Shown piece by piece: positions 16,881 through 28,903 of a stretch of 64,000 bases of DNA (positions within the stretch are counted from its first letter, which is position 1; every line of letters starts with the position of its first letter). Source of the stretch: Eshraghiella crossota. GTDB lineage: Bacteria > Bacillota > Clostridia > Christensenellales > CAG-917. The DNA is taken from positions 12,100 to 76,099 of the forward strand of contig CAVANK010000003.1 in NCBI GenBank assembly GCA_963590075.1, read 5' to 3'. Made by a program: the position numbers and the translations under genes. The notes beneath the pieces are model-generated. The model did not search any database. It was not told where the DNA came from and saw nothing but the letters and a program-made list of their open reading frames with translations.

Positions 16881-18548
16881 TTACCAGAGGTTGTCGTTTC
16901 TTACGATTGAGCAACCTTTGCTCGCTCTGCCGACTGCCGCAATGCCGTTCTTTGCACCGCTGATATCCGCGTAACCGTCGTTGGTGGTTGCGATAAGGCT
17001 TCCGTTGGTTGCGTAGAGGCGGAGACGATATTCGCCTTTCTTGTCAAGATAGATTTCCCATTTGGGGAATTTGAGCGTTTCGTAATTCTTCAAGGTTTGG
17101 TTTTCGATAGGCGCTTTTTCAGCGTTGTTGATGATGCTTTGGATACCGATCTTTGCCGCACCGAGAGTGGTGTAAGCTTGTGCGCCGATTGCCACGACTC
17201 TGAAATTGGCAGAGTAGAGCTTGAACACGAAGTTGCCTTTGTCCGTCTTTTTGATGACGTATTTGCCGTGCATTTTGCCTTCGCCCTCGACGATAACGGT
17301 TTCGTCGTTATCGGCTTTTGCGGACTTGGTCGCTTTGGTCTCTTTTGCGGGAGCTTCTTCCTTTACCGCTTTTGCCTTGGGAGCTTTTTCTTCTTTGGCG
17401 GGTGCTTTGGCTTTTGCGACTTTTTCTTCTTTGACTTCTTCTTTTACGGGTTCAGTCTTGGTTGCTTTGGTCGTCTTGGCCGTTTTTGCTTCTTTTGTGG
17501 TTTTGTCGGTTGCTTTTGCCACTTTCGTTTCCTCCGTAGAATGGTCTTGTGTATTTTCAACTGTTGTTGACTTTTTGGGTGCGGACTTCTTGGTCGCAGT
17601 CTTCTTGGGCTCGACTTCTTGCTTTGCCTCTTCCGCTTTGGCATCTTTCGGCGCAGTGGTCTTTGCGGGTTTTGCAACTACTGCAACCGCCCACAAATCT
17701 TCCGATTTTTCTTGTTTTTTCTTGGTGGAAACGACTTTGGTCTTTGCGGGTTGCTCGATTTCAAAACTCGTATCGAACAACGCCTCGTTTACGTTTTTGC
17801 CGTTTTTGAGGTTTATACTTGTGCTCGAAGTCGCAACGTGTGCGGTGTCCTTGGCGGATTCTTCTTTCTTGACCGCGTTCTTTCTCGGTTTCTTGGGTGT
17901 TGCGGGCTTGACATCTTCTTGCACCGCCTCTACGGAAGCGACTTCTTGATTTGCTTCCTCGACGGGTTGCTCGGCTTCTTCAACCGCTACTTGCTCTTGT
18001 TGAGGCTCTTGTTTGGCTTGCTCAATAGGCTCTTCGATCGCGACGTCTTGAACGGGAGTTTCTTCAACCGATTGAACGTCCTCGACCGCTTCGTCGTTTT
18101 CTTCCGCAACGTCTGCAACCTCTTGCTCGCTTACGGCGTCAACAGCGGTGATATCTTGCACGTCTTCTTGAACTTCGTCTTCCGCTTGGGGTTCTTCGAC
18201 TGCTTCGACTGTTTGCGTCGGCTCGACCGCTTCGTCGACTGGTTCGTCGTTTTGTACGTCGTCGGTGGGTTCTTCCACGCTTTCAACGTCTTGTACCTCG
18301 TCTTGAACGTCCGTATCTTCGTCGTCGGCAACTTGTGCGGATACTTCGTCATCTTGTGCCGTTTCTTCCTCTAACGGCTCTTCGGGCTCTTGTGCAATAG
18401 GTTCGTCCGCCACGTCTTGTGCGGGAGCGTGGAACAATTCTTCAACTTTGCCGTCGTCCGAAATATGTACGAGAGTACCGACGGGCGCGTCGGGATCGTC
18501 GTCTACGATTTCGCCTTCCAGAAACTCGATTTCATCAAAATTTACCAT
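16881..18548 (-). CDS. Protein with a low-complexity region of about 430 aa (acidic block, then Lys/Ala/Thr/Glu-rich block) and two C-terminal YegP/DUF1508 domains
   Basis: ATG 18548 (MVNFDEIEF) is preceded by GGAGG. The C-terminus holds two repeats of the DUF1508 pattern: GKYVIKKTDKGNFVFKLYSANFRVVAIGAQAYTTLGAAKIGIQSI and KWEIYLDKKGEYRLRLYATNGSLIATTNDGYADISGAKNGIAAV. Confidence 0.75.
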   Translation of the reverse strand: MVNFDEIEFLEGEIVDDDPDAPVGTLVHISDDGKVEELFHAPAQDVADEPIAQEPEEPLEEETAQDDEVSAQVADDEDTDVQDEVQDVESVEEPTDDVQNDEPVDEAVEPTQTVEAVEEPQAEDEVQEDVQDITAVDAVSEQEVADVAEENDEAVEDVQSVEETPVQDVAIEEPIEQAKQEPQQEQVAVEEAEQPVEEANQEVASVEAVQEDVKPATPKKPRKNAVKKEESAKDTAHVATSSTSINLKNGKNVNEALFDTSFEIEQPAKTKVVSTKKKQEKSEDLWAVAVVAKPAKTTAPKDAKAEEAKQEVEPKKTATKKSAPKKSTTVENTQDHSTEETKVAKATDKTTKEAKTAKTTKATKTEPVKEEVKEEKVAKAKAPAKEEKAPKAKAVKEEAPAKETKATKSAKADNDETVIVEGEGKMHGKYVIKKTDKGNFVFKLYSANFRVVAIGAQAYTTLGAAKIGIQSIINNAEKAPIENQTLKNYETLKFPKWEIYLDKKGEYRLRLYATNGSLIATTNDGYADISGAKNGIAAVGRASKGCSIVRNDNLW

Positions 18549-18692
18549 AAAAATAAATTCCTCCGCGCGGAAAACAGAAGAATTTTTGCAATAAAAAACT
18601 CCTCTATAATCCAATATAAATATATGTTAACACATTTATTTTGTTAAATCAATATTTTTTTGCACGGAAATTGGGGTTTATTCGCCAAAAAA

Positions 18693-18721
18693 TTGATAAT
18701 TTGCACAATATGTGGTATAGT
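18693..18721 (+). promoter_or_regulatory. Sigma-A promoter (extended -10) for pcrA-ligA
   Basis: TTGATA (18693-18698), a 17-nt spacer, then TGgTATAGT (18713-18721). Confidence 0.55.
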
Positions 18722-18769
18722 TGAGTCAAAGAGACGTTTTTGTCGCATAAGGCGGTGTATTATATAGTT

Positions 18770-21019
18770 ATGAGCGAAATAAGACTTAATCCACAGCAAC
18801 AAGATGCCGTAAACGCAGTTGACGGAGCAATACTCGTCATCGCCGGTGCGGGTAGCGGAAAGACGCGCGTTTTGACCGCGCGTATTTGCCATCTCATCGA
18901 GATCGGCGTCGATCCGTACAATATTCTTGCAATCACGTTTACCAACAAGGCGGCAAACGAGATGAAAGAGCGTATCGACAAGCAACTCGGCTATTCCAAC
19001 GTATGGACGAGCACGTTCCATTCGATGTGCGCGCGCATACTACGTATGGATTGCGACCGTATCGGCTATTCCAAAGATTTTACCATTTACACCGACCTTG
19101 AAAGCGAAAGAGTGGTAAAACGCATTCTCACCGCCTATCCGCAAGCGGATCCCAAGAGAAAGGGTGATTATTTGTGGCATATTTCGCGTGCGAAAACGCT
19201 TGCGATGTCCCCAGAGGAATACTACCAAGCAATCGAAAAAGACGACAACGACGCGTACAATATTTTTGAAGTTTACAAGCGTTACGAGGCGGAACTCAAA
19301 CAATGCAACTGCCTCGATTTTGACGATTTGCTTTTGAAAACGGTGGAACTTTTCAAGACTTGTCCCGATGTGTTGGAGCGCTATCAAAATCGTTTCAGAT
19401 ACATCAACGTGGACGAGTTCCAAGACACCAACAAACTTCAATATGACATCGTCAAAATGTTGTCCCAAAAGTACGGCAACTTGTTTGTCGTAGGCGACGA
19501 GGACCAATCCATTTACAGTTGGCGCGGTGCGGAAATTCGCAATATTTTGGATTTTCCGAAAGATTTTCCGGGCGCAAAAGTTTTCAAACTCGAACAAAAC
19601 TACCGCAGTACCACGTCAATTCTCAAAGCCGCCAACAACGTCATCAAAAACAATGCCAATCGCAACGAAAAGACGCTTTGGAGCGAGATTAAGGATGATA
19701 ACAGCATCGAGTATTACGAGGCGTACAACGACCGTGACGAGGCAACAAACGTCGCACGGGCGATAAATACATTGCATAGAAACGGCTCAACTTACTCGGA
19801 AATGGCAATTTTGGTGCGCGCAAACTCCGTCACTCGTCAGTTTGAAGAAGAACTCAATTTGCACGGAATACCTTATAAGGTATTCGGCGGTTTCCGCTTC
19901 TACGAGCGCAAGGAAATCAAGGACACGCTCGCTTACGTGCGTTTGGCGATCAATCCCGGCGACAACGACAGTATTTTGCGCGTCGTCAACTATCCGAAGC
20001 GCGGAATAGGCAACACCGCCGTGCAAGAGATGCAAGACGTTGCAAAGGCGCACGGCTTTACGTTCTTCCAAGTGTTGCTCAATCCCGATATGCTCACGCC
20101 TTCGACGGCTAAAAAACTTGCGCCGTTTACGGAAATAGCAATGGATTTAGTCAAGTTCTCAAAAGAGATGAAAGCAACCGAATTCGTGCAATACGTTATC
20201 CGTCGAAGCGGACTTGAAAACGCGCTTGCGACGAGCGGTGACGTCGAGGACGAAAACAGACTTGAAAATATCGAAGAACTTGTCAACGCGGTGCAACAAT
20301 TCGAGCAAGACAACAAGGAGTCTAGTATATCAGACTTTATGCAGTCCGTCGCGCTCGTGTCCGACACCGACGAGATGTCAAACGAGGACTACGTTACAAT
20401 TGCAACAATTCACGCCGTCAAGGGACTTGAATTCGATTACGTGTTTATCGTTGCGCTCGAAGACGGAATATTCCCGACGCAAAAGTCCATAACCGCGGGA
20501 GACGTCGAGGAAGAGCGCAGGCTTATGTACGTCGCAATAACGCGCGCGCGCAAGAAACTATTTATACTCAACGCACGCCAACGCTATCGTTTCGGCAAGA
20601 CGGAATATTATCCCAAGAGCCGTTTTGTAGGCGAGATGAGCGGATTTAAGCAATCCGTGCGCTACGCCAACTCCGATTATTCGGCAAACTCGTTTTCAAG
20701 CGAAAATCGTATCAAGCTCGGCGCAAACAATCCGTCGTCGCAGTCCTTCAAGAAGAGTTTGTCCAACGGATTTGACAAATCGTCGCTCTCAACCTCTAAA
20801 AAGAAATCGCAATCGAGCGTCGATTATTCGCAATTTACAAAAGACGTCATCGTGGAACACTCCAAATTCGGTCGCGGTATAATCATACAAACCACGGGCG
20901 ACGGTGAGGACAAGATTGCCGCAATCGCGTTCAAGGGGCTTGGCGTAAAACGTTTTGCGCTTGCGATAGCGGCGTCCAGTCTCAAAGTTATAGCAAAAAG
21001 GGATATTGACGATAACTAA
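18770..21019 (+). CDS. pcrA: ATP-dependent DNA helicase PcrA/UvrD
   Basis: Walker A AGAGSGKT, DEFQDTN, and helicase motifs through VTIATIHAVKGLEFDYVF and RRLMYVAITRA. The start is taken at ATG 18770, with TTG 18740 as an alternative. Neither has a strong RBS. Confidence 0.9.
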   Translation: MSEIRLNPQQQDAVNAVDGAILVIAGAGSGKTRVLTARICHLIEIGVDPYNILAITFTNKAANEMKERIDKQLGYSNVWTSTFHSMCARILRMDCDRIGYSKDFTIYTDLESERVVKRILTAYPQADPKRKGDYLWHISRAKTLAMSPEEYYQAIEKDDNDAYNIFEVYKRYEAELKQCNCLDFDDLLLKTVELFKTCPDVLERYQNRFRYINVDEFQDTNKLQYDIVKMLSQKYGNLFVVGDEDQSIYSWRGAEIRNILDFPKDFPGAKVFKLEQNYRSTTSILKAANNVIKNNANRNEKTLWSEIKDDNSIEYYEAYNDRDEATNVARAINTLHRNGSTYSEMAILVRANSVTRQFEEELNLHGIPYKVFGGFRFYERKEIKDTLAYVRLAINPGDNDSILRVVNYPKRGIGNTAVQEMQDVAKAHGFTFFQVLLNPDMLTPSTAKKLAPFTEIAMDLVKFSKEMKATEFVQYVIRRSGLENALATSGDVEDENRLENIEELVNAVQQFEQDNKESSISDFMQSVALVSDTDEMSNEDYVTIATIHAVKGLEFDYVFIVALEDGIFPTQKSITAGDVEEERRLMYVAITRARKKLFILNARQRYRFGKTEYYPKSRFVGEMSGFKQSVRYANSDYSANSFSSENRIKLGANNPSSQSFKKSLSNGFDKSSLSTSKKKSQSSVDYSQFTKDVIVEHSKFGRGIIIQTTGDGEDKIAAIAFKGLGVKRFALAIAASSLKVIAKRDIDDN

Positions 21020-21026
21020 CGTATGA

Positions 21027-22997
<1,971 letters not shown>

Positions 22998-23158
22998 TAT
23001 GAGTAGATACTCGTCAATATTTCGCAAAAGCGAATTTCAAAAAGGGCAGTTTTGCTCTTTTTTGTATATAGAAGTCCAAATGTTTTGCAAACACTTGTAT
23101 TGACAGTAATTTTGTGTTATTATTATTAAAATTTATTTATAGGCGGACGTACGCGCAT

Positions 23159-24034
23159 ATGTATAGTATGACAGGTTACGGCAAGGGGATTGCCGAAAAA
23201 GACGGAAAATCCGTCGTCGTGGAACTCAAAACCGTAAATCATAGATTTTTGGACTGCAACTTCAAGTTGCCTCGCACGTTTTTGTTTGTCGAAGACGGCA
23301 TAAAAAAACTTATTTCTTCCAATATTTCGAGAGGACACGTCGAACTTTATCTCACTTACGAGCAAAAGTCTGCCGACGACTCAGTTTACGACGTGGATAT
23401 CGACGTTGCAAACAATTATCTTTTCGCGGTGAAGAAACTCGAAGAAGCAACCGGACTTAATAGCGACGTTACGCTTTCGACACTTCTCAAAGTGCCCGAC
23501 ATCGTGGTCAAAAAACAAGTTGTCGAGGACGAGGAACTGCTCGGTGAACTTACTATGAGCGCACTTGCCGTCGCGCTTGAAAACCTCAAAGCGATGAGAG
23601 CCAAAGAGGGATTGTCCCAAAAGGCGGATATTTCCTCAAAACTTGACAATATTCAAGCAAGTTTGGACAAAATCAAGGTATACGCTCCGCTCGTCGTGGA
23701 AGATTATCGCAAGCAACTTAACGCTCGCATTGCGGAAGTGGTTGAGCCGACGCTCGTTGACAAACAACGCCTTGCAACGGAAGTCGCGCTTTATGCGGAC
23801 CGTTGCGCAATCGACGAGGAAATCACGCGCCTCGGCACTCATATCGTGAATATGCGCGCACTTCTTGAAAGCGACGAGCCGGTCGGAAGAAAAATGGACT
23901 TCCTCGTGCAAGAGTTCAATCGCGAGACCAACACTATCGGATCGAAGGCAAACGATATGCGTATCACTACGGAAGTGCTTGCAATCAAGAACGAAATCGA
24001 GAAGATGCGCGAGCAAGCGGCAAATATCGAATAA
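23159..24034 (+). CDS. yicC: YicC/YloC family stress-induced protein
   Basis: The N-terminus is MYSMTGYGKG...VELKTVNHRF and the C-terminal motif is EFNRETNTIGSKAND. Confidence 0.85.
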   Translation: MYSMTGYGKGIAEKDGKSVVVELKTVNHRFLDCNFKLPRTFLFVEDGIKKLISSNISRGHVELYLTYEQKSADDSVYDVDIDVANNYLFAVKKLEEATGLNSDVTLSTLLKVPDIVVKKQVVEDEELLGELTMSALAVALENLKAMRAKEGLSQKADISSKLDNIQASLDKIKVYAPLVVEDYRKQLNARIAEVVEPTLVDKQRLATEVALYADRCAIDEEITRLGTHIVNMRALLESDEPVGRKMDFLVQEFNRETNTIGSKANDMRITTEVLAIKNEIEKMREQAANIE

Positions 24035-24177
24035 TACGATTGTCGGGGCAAGCACTCGATATCGCTTTGTGGCAAAATATCGATAAGGGCATAAGGGAAA
24101 AGATACATTTTACATTCAAGGACGCGATTTGAGGTGAAAACTCTTGCAATCGCAGATTTGAGACGGAGAAGAATATT

Positions 24178-24765
24178 ATGCAAAGAACGGGACTGCTTAT
24201 CGTTATATCGGGATTTAGCGGTGTTGGCAAAAGTACGGTTATCGGAAATATGTTCGAGGCTATGCCGAATTTGAGATTTTCGGTGTCTTGCACGTCGAGA
24301 AAGCCGAGACCGGGTGAAAAAGACGGCGTAGATTACTATTTCGTCACCGAGGACGAGTTTGAAAAGAAAGTGGCAAACGACGAGTTTTTGGAACATACGC
24401 GCACTTTCACCAACTGCTACGGCACGCTCAAATGCGAAGTGGACAGACTGCTCAAAGACGGCTACGACATCTTGCTCGACATCAACAGCGTCGGCGCAAT
24501 GAACGTTAAAAAGGTGTATCCCGATTGCGTGACGGTGTTTATCAATCCGCCGTCGCTCGACGAGCTCAAAAAACGCCTCGTCGGCAGAGGTACGGAAACG
24601 CCCGATAGCCTCAAAAAACGCCTTGACGAGATAGAGTTCGAGAGCAAAAGCATACCGTATTACGACTTCGTCGTGGTCAACGACGTTGCAAAGGACTGCT
24701 CGGACAAAATCGTGGCGTTCCTGGAAAATCGCAGAAAGGAACTTCAAGCCAAAAAGTCAAATTGA
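24178..24765 (+). CDS. gmk: Guanylate kinase
   Basis: GGAGAAG RBS. The P-loop is SGFSGVGKST, followed by SCTSRKPRPGEKDGVDYYFV. Confidence 0.95.
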   Translation: MQRTGLLIVISGFSGVGKSTVIGNMFEAMPNLRFSVSCTSRKPRPGEKDGVDYYFVTEDEFEKKVANDEFLEHTRTFTNCYGTLKCEVDRLLKDGYDILLDINSVGAMNVKKVYPDCVTVFINPPSLDELKKRLVGRGTETPDSLKKRLDEIEFESKSIPYYDFVVVNDVAKDCSDKIVAFLENRRKELQAKKSN

Positions 24766-24882
24766 CCGCTTTTGATAAAACTGATTTGCAAAACGCAAAA
24801 TCGGATTATCGAGGGCAACACTTTGACGGGTGGCTGAAAATAGAAAAAATTAAACTTTGAATAAATCGGAGGAACAAACATT

Positions 24883-25077
24883 ATGATGATCGATCCACCC
24901 ATCGACAAACTCATCAAACACGCAGAGTGCAGATACGCACTCACCGTTGCAGTTGCAAAACGCACGCGCGAACTCGTCACCAGCGAGAGCGACTATCTTG
25001 CAAAGAGCGGAATGAAGCCCATTTCTCTTGCTTGCAAGGAAATCTACGAAGACAAAATCAAAATCGTACGCGACTAA
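24883..25077 (+). CDS. rpoZ: DNA-directed RNA polymerase subunit omega
   Basis: GGAGG RBS. A 64-aa protein containing RYALTVAVAKRTRELV, in the conserved position after gmk. Confidence 0.85.
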   Translation: MMIDPPIDKLIKHAECRYALTVAVAKRTRELVTSESDYLAKSGMKPISLACKEIYEDKIKIVRD

Positions 25078-25078
25078 A

Positions 25079-26263
25079 ATGCTTTACGGAAAGAACGTTG
25101 TTTTGGGCGTAAGCGGTGGAATTGCCGTTTACAAATCTTGCGAAATCGTTTCAAGACTCAAAAAACTCGGTGCGAACGTGGACGTGATTATGACTGATCA
25201 CGCCCAAGAGTTCGTTACGCCTTTGACCTTCCAAACGTTGTCCAAATCCGCGGTCGTTACCAATCCGTTCGAGCCCGTCAAAGAGTTCGATATCAACCAC
25301 ATATCGCTTGCAAACAAGGCGGATATTTTGGTAGTTGCGCCCGCAACGGCAAATATCATCGCAAAATTTGCGCAAGGCATTGCCGACGATATGCTTACGA
25401 CTACGTATCTTGCGTCAAAGGCGCAAAAGCTTATTTGCCCTGCGATGAACTGCAATATGTACGAGGACGAAGCAACGCTTGAAAATATGCGTATACTCAA
25501 AGAGCGCGGAGCACTTTTCTGCGACGCAAACGTCGGACTTCTTGCTTGCGGAGTGGTCGGGAAGGGCAGAATGGCTGAACCCGTGGATATCGTAAACGCA
25601 ATCGTCGATTATCTCACTCCCGTGCAAGACTTCAAGGACAAGCGAGTGCTTATCACCTCGGGCGGTACGGAAGAGTATATCGACGGCGTTAGGGTTATCA
25701 CCAATCATTCAAGCGGAAAGATGGGCTGTGCGCTTGCCGAGGCAGTGGCGGATAGAGGCGGAAGCGTCGTTTTTGTATACGGCAATATGAGCGTTAAAGT
25801 GCCGACTTGCGTTGAAAAGGCAATTCACGTCACCTCGACTCTCGATATGCTCGACGCTTGCAAGGCGGAATTTGAGAGTTGCGATATCGCGATTATGGCG
25901 GCAGCACCAGCAGATTATAGACCGAAAGAGCGTTACGAAAACAAAATCAAAGCGGAAACTATCACTATGGAGTTTGTCAAAAACCCCGATATCGCGCGCA
26001 CTTTGGGCGAGAAAAAAGGTGATAGAAAACTCGTCGTTTTCTCCGCCGAAACGGAAAATCTTATCGAGAACGCCAAAGGCAAACTCAAAAAGAAACACGC
26101 CGATTTGGTCGTGGCAAACGACGTTACGCAAAAGGGTGCGGGGTTCAACACGGACACCAATATCGCAACGATTATCGACAATGACGGAAAGTGCATAGAG
26201 AGCGGTGAGGTGCAAAAACGCGCGCTTGCCGATATCATTCTCGACAAGGTGATTTCGCTATGA
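25079..26263 (+). CDS. coaBC: Bifunctional phosphopantothenoylcysteine decarboxylase / phosphopantothenate-cysteine ligase
   Basis: ATG 25079 lies directly after the rpoZ stop. The flavoprotein N-terminus is KNVVLGVSGGIAVYKS, and the CoaB part contains ITNHSSGKMG and AAAPADYRP. Confidence 0.92.
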   Translation: MLYGKNVVLGVSGGIAVYKSCEIVSRLKKLGANVDVIMTDHAQEFVTPLTFQTLSKSAVVTNPFEPVKEFDINHISLANKADILVVAPATANIIAKFAQGIADDMLTTTYLASKAQKLICPAMNCNMYEDEATLENMRILKERGALFCDANVGLLACGVVGKGRMAEPVDIVNAIVDYLTPVQDFKDKRVLITSGGTEEYIDGVRVITNHSSGKMGCALAEAVADRGGSVVFVYGNMSVKVPTCVEKAIHVTSTLDMLDACKAEFESCDIAIMAAAPADYRPKERYENKIKAETITMEFVKNPDIARTLGEKKGDRKLVVFSAETENLIENAKGKLKKKHADLVVANDVTQKGAGFNTDTNIATIIDNDGKCIESGEVQKRALADIILDKVISL

Positions 26264-28434
26264 TTTTGGAAGTTATCGTCGATATATCCACCAACGATAT
26301 AGACCGCACTTTTGACTACGAGGGCGACGACGTTCCTATCGGAAGTCGCGTCGTCGTGGAGTTCGGAAAAAAGCGCATTATCGGCTTTGTAATCGGCAAG
26401 AAAGAGAAGTCGGATTTTGCAAATCTCAAAAGAGCCACTTATATCGATTCACCCGTAAGTCCCGAGCAGTTGGGACTTATGAACTTTATGCGCAAAACAT
26501 ACAACTTGCGCTATATCGACGTGATTAGGCTCTTTATCCCTGCCAAACTTCGCGAGGAAAAAGATCCCGAGTATACTAGGAAATTCCTTACGGTTGACGA
26601 CAGCAAATCTCTTGACGAGATAAAGCAAATCATCGGCAACCGAGCGCAAAAACAGCAAGAAGCCATTGACTATATTGCCTCAAACGGCGGTCAGTTTTTG
26701 AGCTTTTTGGTGGCAAAATTCGGCGTATCGGCAATAGGCGGACTTCGTGAAAAAGGCGTCGTGGTGGAAAGCGACGTGCACGAGCGTTCCACTCCGCTTC
26801 AAACTCTCAAACGCGACAATAAACGCGTTGTGTTGACGGACGCGCAACAGTCGGCAGTCGACGAGATTATGCACGGCAAAGGCACGTTTTTGATACACGG
26901 CGTTACGGGTAGCGGTAAGACGGAAGTGTACGAGACCGTTATAGAAAAAATGCGGGAGCAAGGCAAATGCGCGATTATGCTCGTGCCTGAAATCTCGCTC
27001 ACGCCTCAAATGCTCGGGCTATTCCGTGCAAGGTTCGGTGACGACGTTGCGATATTACATAGCGGGCTCAATTCAAGCGAAAGATACGACGAGTGGAAGA
27101 GGCTCAAAACGGGCAAAGCGCATATCGCGATAGGCGCGCGCTCGGCAATATTTGCGCCACTCGGCAACATCGGCGCAATCATCATCGACGAGGAGCACGA
27201 CACCAGTTATTTGTCCGAGTCCAATCCTCGATACGATACCAAGCGTGTTGCGGAGTTCAGGGCGCAAGCCAACGACGGCGTTTTGGTGCTCGGCTCGGCA
27301 ACGCCCGATATGGAGACGTATCTCAAAGCCACCGAGGGCAAATATCACCTCATAACGCTCAAAAACCGTATATCTAAACACGCACTTCCCGAAATGGAAA
27401 TCGTGGATATGACGCAAGAGTTTCGTATGGGCAATCGCTCGTTGTTCTCCATACCTTTGCAAGAGGCACTCAAAGAGACCATTGCAAGAGGGGAGCAAGC
27501 AATGCTTTTCCTCAATAGAAGAGGTTTTGCGTCGTTTATAAAATGCAAAGAGTGCGGATACATAGCCAAGTGCGAAGATTGCGATATATCGCTCACTTAC
27601 CACAGAGAGGACAACGAACTCAAATGCCACTACTGCGGTAGAAGATATCACGCGCTCACCAAGTGCCCCAATTGCGGAAGCGACCAAATTAAACAAGGGC
27701 GTATCGGCACGGAAAAAGTGGTGGACGAGCTCAAAAAACTCATTCCCAACGTGCGCGTTTTGCGTATGGACAACGACACGACGGTGCGCAAGGACAGTTA
27801 TTTCAAGATTTTGTCCGCATTCGGCAATAGAGAGTCGGACGTGCTTGTGGGCACTCAAATGATTGCAAAAGGGCACGATTTCGGCAACGTTACGTTGGTC
27901 GGAATATTGGAAGCGGACGCCGCACTGTATTTTAGCGATTATAGGTCGAGCGAGCGCACTTTCCAGCTTATCACGCAAGTTGCGGGAAGAGCCGGAAGAG
28001 CGGAAAAAGAGGGGCGCGTCATTTTGCAGACTTACGCTCCCAAACATTATGTTTTCCGCTTCGGAAAAAACTACGATTATATCGGTTTTTGGAAAAAGGA
28101 AATCAACACTCGTATGGTTACCAAGTTTCCGCCGTTTACAAAGGTGGTGCGCGTGCTTTGCACCGCCGTAAACGAGCAAGACGTCGTGGACACTACGAGG
28201 AATATATACAAGGCAATTCAACAAGTCGAAAAGGACAACGGCAAATTCGTGTATCTCGGCGCAAGCAAGTCTCCCGTGACCAAAATGAACGGGCTTTGCA
28301 GATACCAGATACTTATGCGCGTCCTTCCCGACGAGTTTGAAAGAATAATTGAAAAAATCTATGCGATTACCGACGAAAACCGCTCCAAAAAATGCAACGT
28401 TTTCGTCGAGATAAATCCGCAAAGTATGATTTGA
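26260..28434 (+). CDS. priA: Primosomal protein N' (replication restart helicase)
   Basis: ATGA overlap with coaBC. HGVTGSGKTEVY, IIDEEHD, and Cys4 zinc fingers (CKECGYIAKCEDCD...CHYCG...CPNCGS) are present. Confidence 0.95.
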   Translation: MILEVIVDISTNDIDRTFDYEGDDVPIGSRVVVEFGKKRIIGFVIGKKEKSDFANLKRATYIDSPVSPEQLGLMNFMRKTYNLRYIDVIRLFIPAKLREEKDPEYTRKFLTVDDSKSLDEIKQIIGNRAQKQQEAIDYIASNGGQFLSFLVAKFGVSAIGGLREKGVVVESDVHERSTPLQTLKRDNKRVVLTDAQQSAVDEIMHGKGTFLIHGVTGSGKTEVYETVIEKMREQGKCAIMLVPEISLTPQMLGLFRARFGDDVAILHSGLNSSERYDEWKRLKTGKAHIAIGARSAIFAPLGNIGAIIIDEEHDTSYLSESNPRYDTKRVAEFRAQANDGVLVLGSATPDMETYLKATEGKYHLITLKNRISKHALPEMEIVDMTQEFRMGNRSLFSIPLQEALKETIARGEQAMLFLNRRGFASFIKCKECGYIAKCEDCDISLTYHREDNELKCHYCGRRYHALTKCPNCGSDQIKQGRIGTEKVVDELKKLIPNVRVLRMDNDTTVRKDSYFKILSAFGNRESDVLVGTQMIAKGHDFGNVTLVGILEADAALYFSDYRSSERTFQLITQVAGRAGRAEKEGRVILQTYAPKHYVFRFGKNYDYIGFWKKEINTRMVTKFPPFTKVVRVLCTAVNEQDVVDTTRNIYKAIQQVEKDNGKFVYLGASKSPVTKMNGLCRYQILMRVLPDEFERIIEKIYAITDENRSKKCNVFVEINPQSMI

Positions 28435-28444
28435 CGGAGGATAT

Positions 28445-28903
28445 ATGGCAACACGATTGATTGTGAAAGTTCCCGATCCCATTTTGAACAAGAAATGCAG
28501 AGCGGTGGATGCTTTTGACGAAAGACTTTGGACTCTTCTCGACGATATGAAAGAGACCGTAAAAGGCGCAAACGGCGCGGGACTTGCCGCTCCGCAAGTG
28601 GCGGTTTTGAAGCGTGTATGCGTGGTTGATACGGATGACGGATATTACGAACTCGTCAACCCCAAAATCACTTCTTGCAGCGGTGAGCAAACGGGGCTCG
28701 AAGGGTGCTTGTCCGTGCCTAAAAAGTACGGAAACGTATCACGCCCCATGAAAGTGAACGTTGTGGCGCAAGATAGATTCGGCAAAGAGCAAAAATATAA
28801 AGTTTCGGGCTTTACCGCTCGCGCGTTTTGTCACGAAATCGACCACCTCGACGGCATAATATATACGTCGAAGTGCAAGGAAATTCTCGACGAGGAAGAA
28901 TGA
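28445..28903 (+). CDS. def: Peptide deformylase
   Basis: GGAGG RBS. Motifs GAGLAAPQV, EGCLSVP and HEIDHLDG are present. Confidence 0.95.
   Translation: MATRLIVKVPDPILNKKCRAVDAFDERLWTLLDDMKETVKGANGAGLAAPQVAVLKRVCVVDTDDGYYELVNPKITSCSGEQTGLEGCLSVPKKYGNVSRPMKVNVVAQDRFGKEQKYKVSGFTARAFCHEIDHLDGIIYTSKCKEILDEEE

Noticed and set aside
17097-18374. Several plus-strand ORFs (157-251 aa) inside the YegP-domain gene
   Set aside because: They are reverse-frame readings of the highly repetitive acidic/lysine-rich coding sequence. The translations are Phe/Leu/Cys/Gly-rich junk with no starts supported by an RBS.
23041-23068. A possible terminator after ligA (AAAAAGGGCAGTTTTGCTCTTTTTTG)
   Set aside because: The stem is only about 4 bp with a mismatch (GGGCA versus TGCTC). 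The T-run is suggestive, but the hairpin is too weak to call.
24035-24177. A search for a remA (DUF370) gene or other small ORF between yicC and gmk
   Set aside because: No ORF with an RBS fits in this 143-nt spacer in either orientation. The absence is recorded under findings rather than as a feature.
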